The position numbers and the translations under genes were made by a program. The notes below the pieces were generated by a model. It did no database searches and had not been told where the DNA came from. It saw only the letters and a program-made list of their open reading frames with translations. A stretch of DNA of 63,364 nt, filler included, from Diploschistes diacapsis (lineage: Eukaryota), in assembly GCA_023645945.1 (NCBI GenBank). It is 21 parts of 21 records of this genome, joined end to end, with 100 filler letters (N's around TTAATTAATTAA, not from the genome) between each part and the next. Parts side by side here need not be neighbours in the genome. Positions count along the whole stretch, not along the records: positions 61,497 to 63,364 come from JALAIB010002547.1; 20 more parts are not named here. One strand, written 5' to 3'. The stretch's first letter is position 1. Each line of letters starts with the position of its first letter. Positions 62,320-63,364 of this stretch are shown piece after piece.

Positions 62320-63364
62320 AAATAACAAATAACCGGGCGAGGGCGAGCCAATTACTTCGCATTACTCGTGTAGAACAAGTCGTGTTCATTAATCGTACCA
62401 GACGAGCTGACTCGGTGCACGAAGCTGGGATGCAGGCGCGTCAGATCTTCCTGGACTTTGGCTGGGTTTCGAGTCATGTTGCGTTGTTGTGTTTAGTGTT
62501 TACTCAGATCCTCGGCGTTTGTTACATTACGCTAATCCTGATCCGGAAACCGAAGGCGGAAAGTCCCGACTCCTTCTGTCCACTATTCTTTAAAGAGTCA
62601 AGCTTGTACTAGCTTGTTCTCCCTGACCCCATTTAATGTCTTAGCATCAAGCACTCAAGCTGTCACTCAAAAGTCTGCTGGGGTAGCATGATCAATCGCA
62701 TAGGATTACTAAGTGTGAGCACTGACTTCCCCATATCGCATAATCCGAAGCTCGGATTCGAAGCGGGTTTTCAGCGTATATATACGACGGCGGTAGGCTG
62801 TCCCCATCTCCATGTCGTCGGTACAGATAGGTAGCCACCATATTGCATTTTGCACATGCTGTAGTCAGGTTCGTTCCGCTGCTGATTAATCTCTTGGTCG
62901 ACTTCTCAGGAGAAATCTTCAGCCGGGCACGAGAGGCCAGAAGATCCTAAACGATTTAGTGCCCAGATCTTCAGGTTTCCACGTCGATAGCAGGAACTTT
63001 TAACGCCGTCCCTCGAGATCCCTGACGTCAATCGGATGGAGAAGGAGAATGCCGACATCAAAGACCAATATGCAGCGGGGACGTGAGACCGGGACAATGG
63101 CGTATGGCTAAAAGGGGCTATGCTCTCTATCAAGGGTACTAAGATCCAGTTATGCATTTGTCCCCCCACCTACATGCAGCAAAAAGGGAGGCTTAAAAAT
63201 CTCCTCAAGACGGTCAAAAGAGGAAATTAGATACATTCAGACTACACAGATGACCGGAACGTTGCTTGCAGGTATGTATCCCAGCGACAGCTGGAAAAAG
63301 GGCTGTGTATCGTATTGAACCAGTACGAGCAAGCTGACCTTCCCCCTTTACCTCTCTCCCCCCC

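Overview
Filamentous ascomycete (Pezizomycotina-like) nuclear DNA. It is not one locus: 21 contigs are joined by 20 artificial 100-bp linkers (44 N + TTAATTAATTAA + 44 N). One 23.8-kb contig (3972-27780) is gene-dense. It carries a kinase-like gene, an AN1 zinc-finger gene, a cupin, an intron-containing retropepsin-like protease gene, a truncated alpha/beta hydrolase, a TDA10-like kinase, FOX2, a decayed 2-hydroxyacid dehydrogenase, an ECM11-domain gene, a YIP1-family gene and a RanBD gene. The other contigs are about 1.87-1.89 kb each and mostly hold RIP-mutated, nested Gypsy, Copia, LINE and DNA-transposon debris. A few hold gene pieces (OXR1, 3CxxC zinc protein, CLP1, PMP3-like, bZIP). Most notable: a complete 292-bp TRIM mini-retrotransposon with TSD and Copia-type PBS; two inverted tRNA-derived sequences; a hAT-like MITE family with 8-bp TSDs and a visible empty site; the cellular retropepsin gene; and a 49-bp hairpin repeat array. 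All family names come from motif recognition by eye, with no database search.
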